The position numbers were made by a program, and so were the translations under genes. This document shows positions 55,901 to 64,000 of a DNA stretch of 64,000 nt, piece after piece. How positions within the stretch are numbered: the stretch's first letter is position 1; every line of letters starts with the position of its first letter. The DNA is from Trypanosoma brucei (taxonomy: Eukaryota): positions 3,296,001 through 3,360,000 of the forward strand of contig CH464491.1 of NCBI GenBank assembly GCA_000002445.1, written 5' to 3'. The notes under the pieces are model-generated. The model ran no database searches and was not told the DNA's origin. It was given only the letters and a program-made list of their open reading frames with translations.

Positions 55901-58446
55901 TCCCCTGCAATGACGTGCAGTAACCGCCGTTTCAATGCGAAGACTAAATCAGCCTTATTATTAATTAGTAAACTGCAGTCCTGTACACAAAGTGTGAGGA
56001 CAAGCCTCAAAAAGCCGGTGTAACCCAACGCACGATTCTCCTTAGAGAACATGAACCGATTCAGCAACTGAGCTGCAAACGTCTCTGTGGGGACCAAAAG
56101 CATAAGCAGTTGCATCATGCACACGTCTGCTTCGATCATGAGTGTACTGCAAGCAACGTAACACTCGCAACGCCTTGACAACTCAAAGCGCTCACCATGC
56201 CAAAGACCTTGCTCATGTTGGCAGAGCAGGACCAATGGCATGAGAAGCTCATCAATCCAATAATCTGCCCTCGCTTCTGTTTCCGCAAACAACTCCGAAA
56301 GAAGAGAGACGAATGACCCCTGTTCAACTTCCGCCCCGCTTTCTTCAATTCGCTTTTGTACCTTCATCCACGACTTCACTATTTCTGCGAAGAATCGCAT
56401 GTGCGGAAGCACAAACGATGTTGGATTAGGTGATTTTTTATCTAGCAAGTCATATCGTTCCAGTAGTGGCTTCCCATCTGCGTCCACAGAAATTACTTCC
56501 TTTGGGGAAAACCCGCCCCGCTTTTCTTGGAGAAGGGCGTTAATGGCCACCATACACTCTCTCATTAGCTCACGCATGTACTCTCGACAAGTTACGTTAC
56601 ACCCAACCCCACCGCCTCCGACCAACAGTGCTGATCCACCCTGTACGGAAAACCCTTCAAGCATGTCACGACGCTTGCTGCTCTCAACAGCGGGGTCCAA
56701 TGCACCACACCACGAGGAAGACGAAAGACTTTCCAACAGGCGGGGCGGAATTAACAACTCGCCCGCGTGCAACGACACCGCTACGTCGCGGGCCATATTC
56801 GCTATACGGTGAAACATTTGCTGCAGCTCTAACTCTATATTCATAGCACAGTCCGTTTCCACACTGCCCCCGTCTGACTCGCCCACTGATGTCCTTCGAA
56901 ACACCATACTAGCACTCCCATTAATCGTGAGTAACCTGCACCAGCCGCGATAAAGTTGGCGCGACACAACGATTGCACAAGTGTTCTGTGTCACACACAA
57001 CACTTCTGTCATCCACCTACAACACCTGACTGCCCTCGAGACCTCTTGTGGGGAAGCGTTTCTCACATTCATGGTCTCACAACTGCAATACAACAGGCAA
57101 GAGATAAGCCGATGAAGAATTGTTTCTCCCTTGAGCACACTTTCCCACTTTGGATGTGGCTCCCGCAGTAAAAGGCTGTCCACAACATCACTGGATGTAA
57201 AGACCTGAACGCTGAGCGTTGCAACATGTAACTCCCTCCTCGTGGCGCCTCGTTCCCCGTACTTTAAAAGAAGCTCCGCAAAGGGGACGCGGATCAGCGG
57301 GTCACAGAGGGTGTTGTTGAATAACCAAAGAATAGAGCGTTCCCAAATGGAAAAACGGGATAACTTGGGGATTTCAAACCCATATAAAAATAATTCTTCC
57401 ATGCAAGAAAGGTGACGCATCTCCTCCAGCCTTTTTCCATCCGCTACGCACTCAACACGCCGGGATACGAGCGCCTTCTCCATAAGGCTATGGCACAGCA
57501 CACGTCGGGGTCCGTCACCACTGGCCGAAAGAAGCAGTGCAATGTCAGCTATCCGACGAAGTGCTCGATCAAACCACTGCATCCTTGCCAATTGATCATC
57601 ACTACTGTTACTATTGCATTGGTATTCCGCCTGTGCGCCAACAATCGTCGTAATGTATAGTACAAGACCACGCGACAACACCTCAAGCCACTGTCGCTTA
57701 GTACAGTCCATATCGGCAGCAGGATCCGCCGAACTCTGAAATCCCCTATGTCGTGTGCAAAAAGAAGCAGTTTTCCACGCAGACGGGTCACCACAGTCAC
57801 ACATACCCCCACCAATCAAGCACTGCCGCACGACATAATTATGATTAATGCATGGAGAACTCTTGAAACAGTCACTACACATCACACACGAACAATCTGA
57901 GGCGCAATCCTTGCAAAACACAAGTATTTCCCCAGGTTGAAAAGAACGACCGCAAACACGAAACCCCGTCTCCTCTCGTATCATTTTTTCTCCTTCTTCA
58001 TCAACAGTGAGACCCAGCCACCACTCCACCATTGGCAGAGCATTGCTGGTGCACTTCCATGCAGCAGGGGAACTATATTTGGTTCTCTCCTCCATCAACA
58101 TTTCAAGTCCCGCGTTGACAGTATCACCCAGCTTTTGGGGGTATTGCCTGAGCAACGTAGCAGCTCCTGGAGGAACGCGGCACCTCAGAAGAATTTTTGG
58201 ATCAGTTTCCAGAACATTTTCCAGAGGCACTAACCCCGACGCGTCACCACCCATATGATAGAAACGATCAAGATCATCCCTGACTGCACGCACCAACAGC
58301 AAACGTTCCTCCTTCCCAACGGTATGACTTTCCCACTCCATACCAGTGAAAATTTCATGAAGCTGCAGGTACTCCAAAAGGGTTCCAGAAGTCCACTTCC
58401 TCGGATCCATCGGATTCTGCACAGATGCAAAGCCTGACAACGCCAT
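52951..58446 (-). CDS. UBR-box E3 ubiquitin ligase (N-recognin/UBR1-like), ~1831 aa
   Basis: Track ORF starts inside a polypyrimidine tract; ATG is at 58446 (MALSGFASVQ). UBR-type zinc finger VFCKDCASDCSCVMCSDCFKSSPCINHNYVVRQCLIGGGMCDCGDPSAWKTASFCTRH. C-terminal Cys/His-rich RING-like segments (CCICRDH..., CPMCLMVC...). Confidence 0.8.
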   Translation of the reverse strand: MALSGFASVQNPMDPRKWTSGTLLEYLQLHEIFTGMEWESHTVGKEERLLLVRAVRDDLDRFYHMGGDASGLVPLENVLETDPKILLRCRVPPGAATLLRQYPQKLGDTVNAGLEMLMEERTKYSSPAAWKCTSNALPMVEWWLGLTVDEEGEKMIREETGFRVCGRSFQPGEILVFCKDCASDCSCVMCSDCFKSSPCINHNYVVRQCLIGGGMCDCGDPSAWKTASFCTRHRGFQSSADPAADMDCTKRQWLEVLSRGLVLYITTIVGAQAEYQCNSNSSDDQLARMQWFDRALRRIADIALLLSASGDGPRRVLCHSLMEKALVSRRVECVADGKRLEEMRHLSCMEELFLYGFEIPKLSRFSIWERSILWLFNNTLCDPLIRVPFAELLLKYGERGATRRELHVATLSVQVFTSSDVVDSLLLREPHPKWESVLKGETILHRLISCLLYCSCETMNVRNASPQEVSRAVRCCRWMTEVLCVTQNTCAIVVSRQLYRGWCRLLTINGSASMVFRRTSVGESDGGSVETDCAMNIELELQQMFHRIANMARDVAVSLHAGELLIPPRLLESLSSSSWCGALDPAVESSKRRDMLEGFSVQGGSALLVGGGGVGCNVTCREYMRELMRECMVAINALLQEKRGGFSPKEVISVDADGKPLLERYDLLDKKSPNPTSFVLPHMRFFAEIVKSWMKVQKRIEESGAEVEQGSFVSLLSELFAETEARADYWIDELLMPLVLLCQHEQGLWHGERFELSRRCECYVACSTLMIEADVCMMQLLMLLVPTETFAAQLLNRFMFSKENRALGYTGFLRLVLTLCVQDCSLLINNKADLVFALKRRLLHVIAGDRGHSLDDLERVASELEHALPGINLDELLPLIFREVTTTVKSRKRAVVQFKDVCTWRSYINLYHPSLRDHHLPDMCDLYDRLVRRKRMGTDSGGEGDSNDAPAVFPPPNIRWVEVTERPEEGSWEARRAAVFRDKVFLLLQDPCVLSVAIRAVHGYMFDGLEGCSGSEGTVSIITLAHAISLLYLAMRACTIIGAGASGGSAATVVDWDAVGKFHKKNSSPPIHAPQQLNQLLGVEGLLNARNLKEALEVPVEADLVFGAGRSPVSTASATTTVDALRKLRTRFREVTKDIFGIVGMVEFILQGMSEPSLSVGADKPAVGESQRGEGECCRPDVKGKQSALLKRMKAINAKKSFAMLSDPSRFGFYATQDAPAPGVKPSVCEGGSHSSVANPILQRIRSMDCCICRDHARGSLALFGNVSVSDVLDRLRFDDTGVDSHQQQPQKRKLSTHFYLCGHAAHMSCVKRIFGRMASTLQNTPDMDRLPAAVTRNDFSCPMCLMVCTTLCPCPVPPANVATGEASSLFEMVRESSLRAVSSDEAARGALQSLWCDISSVAVTNSSCDGSGNESRSVRKQPRDENKNIREVVEVARSVRAQMCVALEWVKVGGAVLYNELLTLLSLMISLEPILLEGTISHACAELSCHDVDDNFCVLILNALLHPSDAAEYVAQYTTLLLHSSDCSALTSGPVDDDGQGAHSGLLMSVWRELGCLTLLKALLTDNTPSEVVQIGDDKVVFIPFQSEELATLEGQSQAVFTMLCYLLQKPLQNCEWGHTKASEALVSLIHKAVSEGNEKMIKGTPLSLLHRCRDVSLLDDAPRFKPLGVVYEGALLWKRFLMNRVLHLPDAHAQLLLSLNPNEPCSMCGDTEGNRLLCCFCGKLFCLRPSQRPPELYIHALSCGSGLGVYMSPEDNRIYVLETRRSQVVVLAGPYADEYGRPAVRGYTSRQLTLNDDLAHFLLSLWIRSRWNVEFTVVSEMKRRDLRLL

Positions 58447-58620
58447 AGCTACACAAAACTTATTTTTAAAAAAAAACCTTTTTACAAAAGCAAAAAAAAA
58501 AGGATAAAGACGTGCAGAACACAAAACAAACAAAAAATTATAATATAAAAAGAAGCTTTCAAGAAAAAACAAAAATGAAAACAAAATAAAAAATGAAAAA
58601 GAAAAAATATGTGAACAGAA
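58447..58620 (-). promoter_or_regulatory. U-rich polypyrimidine tract / trans-splice acceptor region (minus sense) upstream of the UBR gene, doubling as 3'-processing signal for RNR2 copy 1
   Basis: The + strand is A/purine-rich (aaaaaaaaaggataaag...aaaatgaaaaagaaaaaatatg), so it is U-rich on the minus sense, with AG dinucleotides before the ATG. Confidence 0.5.
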
Positions 58621-59346
58621 CCCAATAGCCCCCTACAACTCATAACCACCTTAAAATAACGAAACGAAACAGTGGAAAGAAGTGGACATCCCAACCAACG
58701 CGCACAATACATTGCCATCGTGTAACTATCAGCACAAAAAGGGTAGTCGCAATAATTGCAACCGTCCCTCCACTATGGCATTACGAAATGGAAAAACTAA
58801 AACAAGTCAAAGGGAAAAACAATGGGAACCTGACAGGTGCAAAAGTGCAAAATGGTATGCCTCTTACACATTTCCCTTTCACCACCCTCACACATAGAAA
58901 CTGCCATCAAGCATAGCGTGTAAATATTTGTCAGGTGAGGGCACTCTAAGCACTAATATTGAAATCAATTGTCCACCAAAGGTAAAAAGACAAGAAAGGC
59001 ATTTACTAAAGCGGACACATTCTCTCCCATCTATATCTATTTACATAGGTGTATATCTATTTCCGGATTTACCCACGTTCGTACTTCCGTACGCACGCAG
59101 GTTCTCGTGTATGCCTATGTACGATTCTATGTGTTTGCATGCAGGCGTATGGAGGCATACGTGCTGCTGCCCACAAGCTCATTTCCTTGTTATGATATCT
59201 GTTAAAAACAACAGCCAGTACTCCAAGGAGGTGCAGTCGCTGACCTTACCAGAGTAACAGATATCTAACTCAATGAAAGTAAAGGGCATCAGCCCCATAC
59301 TTCACAGTTCCCCTTACATACGGGCACGCACCAACGATAACATCCC

Positions 59347-60150
59347 CTAGAAATCTGCGTCCAGAGAGAAAACCTTTGACGACCTTTCGGAACTCATCAC
59401 ACCAGCCTTCTGATACTCACCAACCTTCTTCTCGAAAAAGTTAGTTTTCCCCTGAAGAGAAATCATATCCATGAAGTCAAATGGGTTCTTCGAGTTGTAA
59501 TGACGGTCGTACCCCAAGGACACCAGGAGCCGATCGGCGACAAACTCAATGTACTGAGTCATCAGCTGAGAATTCATTCCAATTAAGCGGACAGGTAATG
59601 CATCGCAAATGAACTCTCGTTCAATTGATACTGCATTGCATATAATTTCAAGCACACGATCCCTCGGCAGCTTGTTTACGATATACTTCTCGTATAATAG
59701 GCAAGCAAAGTCAGTGTGCAGACCCTCATCACGTGAAATCAGCTCGTGCTGAAGGTGAGCCCGGGCATCAAGCCACGCTTCTTTAGCCAAAAAATGGNNN
59801 NNNNNNNNNNNNNNNNNNNNNNNNNNNNNNNNNNNNNNNNNNNNNNNNNNNNNNNNNNNNNNNNNNNNNNNNNNNNNNNNNNNNNNNNNNNNNNNNNCGC
59901 TTGCCGCGAAGAAAGCCAACACATGTTTGATGAAGTGTCGCTCGCCGTCGTCCAGCTTCTCCCAATCCGTCATGTCATTCCCAAGGTCGATTTCCTCCAC
60001 CGTCCAGATACTGCTCTCCGCCTCCTTGTACTTCTGCCATATGTCAGGGTACTTGATAGGGAAGATAACGTAGCGGTCGGGGTTTTCTGTCAGAAGTGGC
60101 TCCTCCACCTCCCCTTCCTTACGCGAGCGCTTGTGAGATTTGGGTGGCAT
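59347..60150 (-). CDS. RNR2: Ribonucleotide reductase small subunit (R2), array copy 1, interrupted by an assembly gap and a local frameshift
   Basis: Start and end are identical to copies 2 and 3 ([17 protein letters not shown] ... FSLDADF). A 100-N run at 59798-59897 sits inside the ORF. A 1-nt deletion relative to the other copies lies just 3' of the gap on the coding strand. Confidence 0.5.
   Translation of the reverse strand: MPPKSHKRSRKEGEVEEPLLTENPDRYVIFPIKYPDIWQKYKEAESSIWTVEEIDLGNDMTDWEKLDDGERHFIKHVLAFFAASXXXXXXXXXXXXXXXXXXXXXXXXXXXXXXXXXXHFLAKEAWLDARAHLQHELISRDEGLHTDFACLLYEKYIVNKLPRDRVLEIICNAVSIEREFICDALPVRLIGMNSQLMTQYIEFVADRLLVSLGYDRHYNSKNPFDFMDMISLQGKTNFFEKKVGEYQKAGVMSSERSSKVFSLDADF
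59798..59897. other. Assembly gap (100 N placeholder)
   Basis: Run of 100 n characters. This unit is ~190 bp shorter than the neighbouring units, so the true gap is about 285-290 bp. Confidence 0.95.
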
Positions 60151-60952
60151 CGTTAGCACTGTCCTTGTTTTTCTTCTCTTGATGTGTTTTCAATATACGA
60201 CAGAGCAGCTAATGGAATGAATGAAGAGAAAGCTTGCACACAAGAGGCATATTGAGTAGTGAAGTAGCGAAACAGTGGAAAGAAGTGGACATCCCAACCA
60301 ACGCGCACAATACATTGCCATCGTGTAACTATCAGCACAAAAAGGGTAGTCGCAATAATTGCAACCGTCCCTCCACTATGGCATTACCAAATGGAAAAAC
60401 TAAAACAAGTCAAAGGGAAAAACAATGGGAACCTGACAGGTACAAAAGTGCAAAATGGTATGCCTCTTACACATTTCCCTTTCACCACCCTCACACATAG
60501 AAACTGTCATCAAGCATAGCGTGTAAATATTTGTCAGGTGAGGGCACTCTAAGCACTAATATTGAAACCAATTGTCCACCAAAGGTAAAAAGACAAGAAG
60601 AAAGGCATCTACTAAAGCGGACACATTCTCTCCCATCTATATCTATTTACATAGGTATATATCTATTTCCGGATTTACCCACGTTCGTACTTCCGTACGC
60701 ACGCAGGTTCTCGTGTATGCCTATGTACGATTCTATGTGTTTGCATGCAGGCGTATGGAGGCATACGTGCTGCTGCCCACAAGCTCATTTCCTTGTTATG
60801 ATATTTGTTAAAAACAACAGCCAGTACTCCAAGGAGGTGCAGTCGCTGACCTTACCAGAGTAACAGATATCTAACTCAATGAAAGTAAAGGGCATCAGCC
60901 CCATACTTTACAGTTCCCCTCACATACGGGCACGCACCAACGATAACATCCC

Positions 60953-61966
60953 CTAGAAATCTGCGTCCAGAGAGAAAACCTTTGACGACCTTTCGGAACT
61001 CATCACACCAGCCTTCTGATACTCACCAACCTTCTTCTCGAAAAAGTTAGTTTTCCCCTGAAGAGAAATCATATCCATGAAGTCAAATGGGTTCTTCGAG
61101 TTGCAATGACGGTCGTACCCCAAGGACACCAGGAGCCGATCGGCGACAAACTCAATGTACTGAGTCATCAGCTGAGAATTCATTCCAATTAAGCGGACAG
61201 GTAATGCATCGCAAATGAACTCTCGCTCAATTGATACTGCATTGCATATAATTTCAAGCACACGATCCCTCGGCAGCTTGTTTACGATATACTTCTCGTA
61301 TAATAGGCAAGCAAAGTCAGTGTGCAGACCCTCATCACGTGAAATCAGCTCGTTGCTGAAGGTGAGCCCGGGCATCAAGCCACGCTTCTTTAACCAAAAA
61401 ATGGCGCAGAACGAGCCAGAGAAAAATATGCCTTCGACAGCCGCAAACGCGACGAGCCGCGTAGGGAACGAAGTCTGACTGCCAATCCATTCAATCGCCC
61501 ATTTGGCCTTTTTCTCAATACACGGAATCGTCCTTATGGCATGTAGCAGTCGTTGCTTTTCGTCGGGATCCACAACATACGTATCGATCAACACGGAGTA
61601 TGTCTCACAATGGATATTTTCCATAGCAATCTGGAACCCATAGAAACATCGAACTTCAGGTACCTGCACTTCGCACATGAACCGTTCCGCAAGGTTCTCC
61701 AGCACAATGCCATCGCTTGCCGCGAAGAAAGCCAACACATGTTTGATGAAGTGTCGCTCGCCGTCGTCCAGCTTCTCCCAATCTGTCATGTCATTCCCAA
61801 GGTCGATTTCCTCCACCGTCCAGATGCTGCTCTCCGCCTCCTTGTACTTCTGCCATATGTCAGGGTACTTGATAGGGAAGATAACGTAGCGGTCGGGGTT
61901 TTCTGTCAGAAGTGGCTCCTCCACCTCCCCTTCCTTACGCGAGCGCTTGTGAGATTTGGGTGGCAT
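60953..61966 (-). CDS. RNR2: Ribonucleotide reductase small subunit (R2), array copy 2 (337 aa)
   Basis: Track ORF starts at GTG 61975; ATG is at 61966. R2 hallmarks are present: [29 protein letters not shown] (Fe ligands E/H), [18 protein letters not shown], conserved C-terminal Tyr in VGEYQKAG, and R1-binding tail FSLDADF. Confidence 0.9.
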   Translation of the reverse strand: MPPKSHKRSRKEGEVEEPLLTENPDRYVIFPIKYPDIWQKYKEAESSIWTVEEIDLGNDMTDWEKLDDGERHFIKHVLAFFAASDGIVLENLAERFMCEVQVPEVRCFYGFQIAMENIHCETYSVLIDTYVVDPDEKQRLLHAIRTIPCIEKKAKWAIEWIGSQTSFPTRLVAFAAVEGIFFSGSFCAIFWLKKRGLMPGLTFSNELISRDEGLHTDFACLLYEKYIVNKLPRDRVLEIICNAVSIEREFICDALPVRLIGMNSQLMTQYIEFVADRLLVSLGYDRHCNSKNPFDFMDMISLQGKTNFFEKKVGEYQKAGVMSSERSSKVFSLDADF

Positions 61967-62743
61967 CGTTAGCACTGTCCTTGTTTCTCTTCTCTTGATG
62001 TGTTTTCAATATACGACAGAGCAGCTAATGGAATGAATGAAGAGAAAGCTTGCACACAAGAGGCATATTGAGTAGTGAAGTAGCGAAACAGTGGAAAGAA
62101 GTGGACATCCCAACCAACGCGCACAATACATTGCCATCGTGTAACTATCAGCACAAAAAGGGTAGTCGCAATAATTGCAACCGTCCCTCCACTATGGCAT
62201 TACGAAATGGAAAAACTAAAACAAGTCAAAGGGAAAAACAATGGGAACCTGACAGGTGCAAAAGTGCAAAATGGTATGCCTCTTACACATTTCCCTTTCA
62301 CCACCCTCACACATAGAAACTGCCATCAAGCATAGCGTGTAAATATTTGTCAGGTGAGGGCACTCTAAGCACTAATATTGAAATCAATTGTCCACCAAAG
62401 GTAAAAAGAAAAAAATACACCCGATAAACAAGTGTCTTACTCCAGACATTAAAATCATCAAATGATATTAGCTATCTCACATGTAACAAGCGCACAGGTT
62501 CTCGTGTATGCCTATGTACGATTCTATGTGTTTGCATGCAGGCGTATGGAGGCATACGTGCTGCTGCCCACAAGCTCATTTCCTTGTTATGATATCTGTT
62601 AAAAACAACAGCCAGTACTCCAAGGAGGTGCAGTCGCTGACCTTACCAGAGTAACAGATATCTAACTCAATGAAAGTAAAGGGCATCAGCCCCATACTTC
62701 ACAGTTCCCCTTACATACGGGCACGCACCAACGATAACATCCC

Positions 62744-63757
62744 CTAGAAATCTGCGTCCAGAGAGAAAACCTTTGACGACCTTTCGGAACTCATCACACC
62801 AGCCTTCTGATACTCACCAACCTTCTTCTCGAAAAAGTTAGTTTTCCCCTGAAGAGAAATCATATCCATGAAGTCAAATGGGTTCTTCGAGTTGTAATGA
62901 CGGTCGTACCCCAAGGACACCAGGAGCCGATCGGCGACAAACTCAATGTACTGAGTCATCAGCTGAGAATTCATTCCAATTAAGCGGACAGGTAATGCAT
63001 CGCAAATGAACTCTCGCTCAATTGATACTGCATTGCATATAATTTCAAGCACACGATCCCTCGGCAGCTTGTTTACGATATACTTCTCGTATAATAGGCA
63101 AGCAAAGTCAGTGTGCAGACCCTCATCACGTGAAATCAGCTCGTTGCTGAAGGTGAGCCCGGGCATCAAGCCACGCTTCTTTAACCAAAAAATGGCGCAG
63201 AACGAGCCAGAGAAAAATATGCCTTCGACAGCCGCAAACGCGACGAGCCGCGTAGGGAACGAAGTCTGACTGCCAATCCATTCAATCGCCCATTTGGCCT
63301 TTTTCTCAATACACGGAATCGTCCTTATGGCATGTAGCAGTCGTTGCTTTTCGTCGGGATCCACAACATACGTATCGATCAACACGGAGTATGTCTCAGA
63401 ATGGATATTTTCCATAGCAATCTGGAACCCATAGAAACATCGAACTTCAGGTACCTGCACTTCGCACATGAACCGTTCCGCAAGGTTCTCCAGCACAATG
63501 CCATCGCTTGCCGCGAAGAAAGCCAACACATGTTTGATGAAGTGTCGCTCGCCGTCGTCCAGCTTCTCCCAATCTGTCATGTCATTCCCAAGGTCGATTT
63601 CCTCCACCGTCCAGATGCTGCTCTCCGCCTCCTTGTACTTCTGCCATATGTCAGGGTACTTGATAGGGAAGATAACGTAGCGGTCGGGGTTTTCTGTCAG
63701 AAGTGGCTCCTCCACCTCCCCTTCCTTACGCGAGCGCTTGTGAGATTTGGGTGGCAT
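62744..63757 (-). CDS. RNR2: Ribonucleotide reductase small subunit (R2), array copy 3 (337 aa)
   Basis: Same as copy 2. It differs at two codons (ENIHSE versus ENIHCE in copy 2; DRHYNS versus DRHCNS). Confidence 0.9.
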   Translation of the reverse strand: MPPKSHKRSRKEGEVEEPLLTENPDRYVIFPIKYPDIWQKYKEAESSIWTVEEIDLGNDMTDWEKLDDGERHFIKHVLAFFAASDGIVLENLAERFMCEVQVPEVRCFYGFQIAMENIHSETYSVLIDTYVVDPDEKQRLLHAIRTIPCIEKKAKWAIEWIGSQTSFPTRLVAFAAVEGIFFSGSFCAIFWLKKRGLMPGLTFSNELISRDEGLHTDFACLLYEKYIVNKLPRDRVLEIICNAVSIEREFICDALPVRLIGMNSQLMTQYIEFVADRLLVSLGYDRHYNSKNPFDFMDMISLQGKTNFFEKKVGEYQKAGVMSSERSSKVFSLDADF

Positions 63758-64000
63758 CGTTAGCACTGTCCTTGTTTTTCTTCTCTTGATGTGTTTTCAA
63801 TATACGACAGAGCAGCTAATGGAATGAATGAAGAGAAAGCTTGCACACAAGAGGCATATTGAGTAGTGAAGTAGCGAAACAGTGGAAAGAAGTGGACATC
63901 CCAACCAACGCGCACAATACATTGCCATCGTGTAACTATCAGCACAAAAAGGGTAGTCGCAATAATTGCAACCGTCCCTCCACTATGGCATTACCAAATG

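Larger units (their letters stand above)
58670..64000 (-). repeat. Tandem gene array: >=3 head-to-tail units (~1.79-1.82 kb) each carrying one ribonucleotide reductase small-subunit gene; a 4th unit's intergenic part runs off the window end
   Basis: The unit landmark CAGTGGAAAGAAGTGGACATCCCAACC recurs at 58670, 60273, 62089 and 63880. Coding regions are >99% identical. The intergenic regions carry small indels (e.g. 62401-62500 differs). Confidence 0.9.

Noticed and set aside
11581-58446. Apparent ER quality-control / ubiquitin theme (Derlin, glucosidase II beta, DHHC, UBR E3) as a functional cluster
   Set aside because: Kinetoplastid PTUs are not functional operons and neighbouring genes are generally unrelated. 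The co-occurrence over 47 kb is most likely coincidental.
58670-64000. CRISPR array or prokaryotic-style defence island suggested by regular repeats
   Set aside because: The repeats are 1.8-kb protein-coding units (RNR2 genes) and 132-bp in-frame coding repeats, in a eukaryotic trans-spliced genome context. There are no short direct repeats with unique spacers and no cas-like ORFs.

Overview
Unable to run searches, so all calls rest on reading the sequence and ORF track. The window looks like a kinetoplastid nuclear chromosome segment, most likely a Trypanosoma brucei-group trypanosome. Genes are long and intronless, non-coding stretches carry U-rich/polypyrimidine tracts and (TA)n, (CA)n, (GA)n microsatellites, and nothing looks prokaryotic (no CRISPR, no operon signals). 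Gene orientation defines two convergent polycistronic transcription units. PTU-A on the + strand (1-40957, about 19 genes) and PTU-B on the - strand (42580-64000, about 10 genes) meet at a convergent strand-switch region of about 1.6 kb (40958-42579). Many ORFs in the supplied track begin at TTG/GTG; I moved starts to the first in-frame ATG, often just downstream of a polypyrimidine/AG trans-splice signal. Products recognised from conserved motifs are listed in the feature table. The items most worth a second look are a three-copy (probably more) RNR2 tandem array, a 44-aa tandem-repeat acidic protein, a VSG-like GPI-anchored surface protein, and a pair of divergent paralogous genes in PTU-B. 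Others are an in-frame stop splitting what is probably one coiled-coil/LRR gene, a 3-kb ORF-free block, a strand-compositionally odd 1.1-kb block, and a perfect 16-bp intergenic hairpin.
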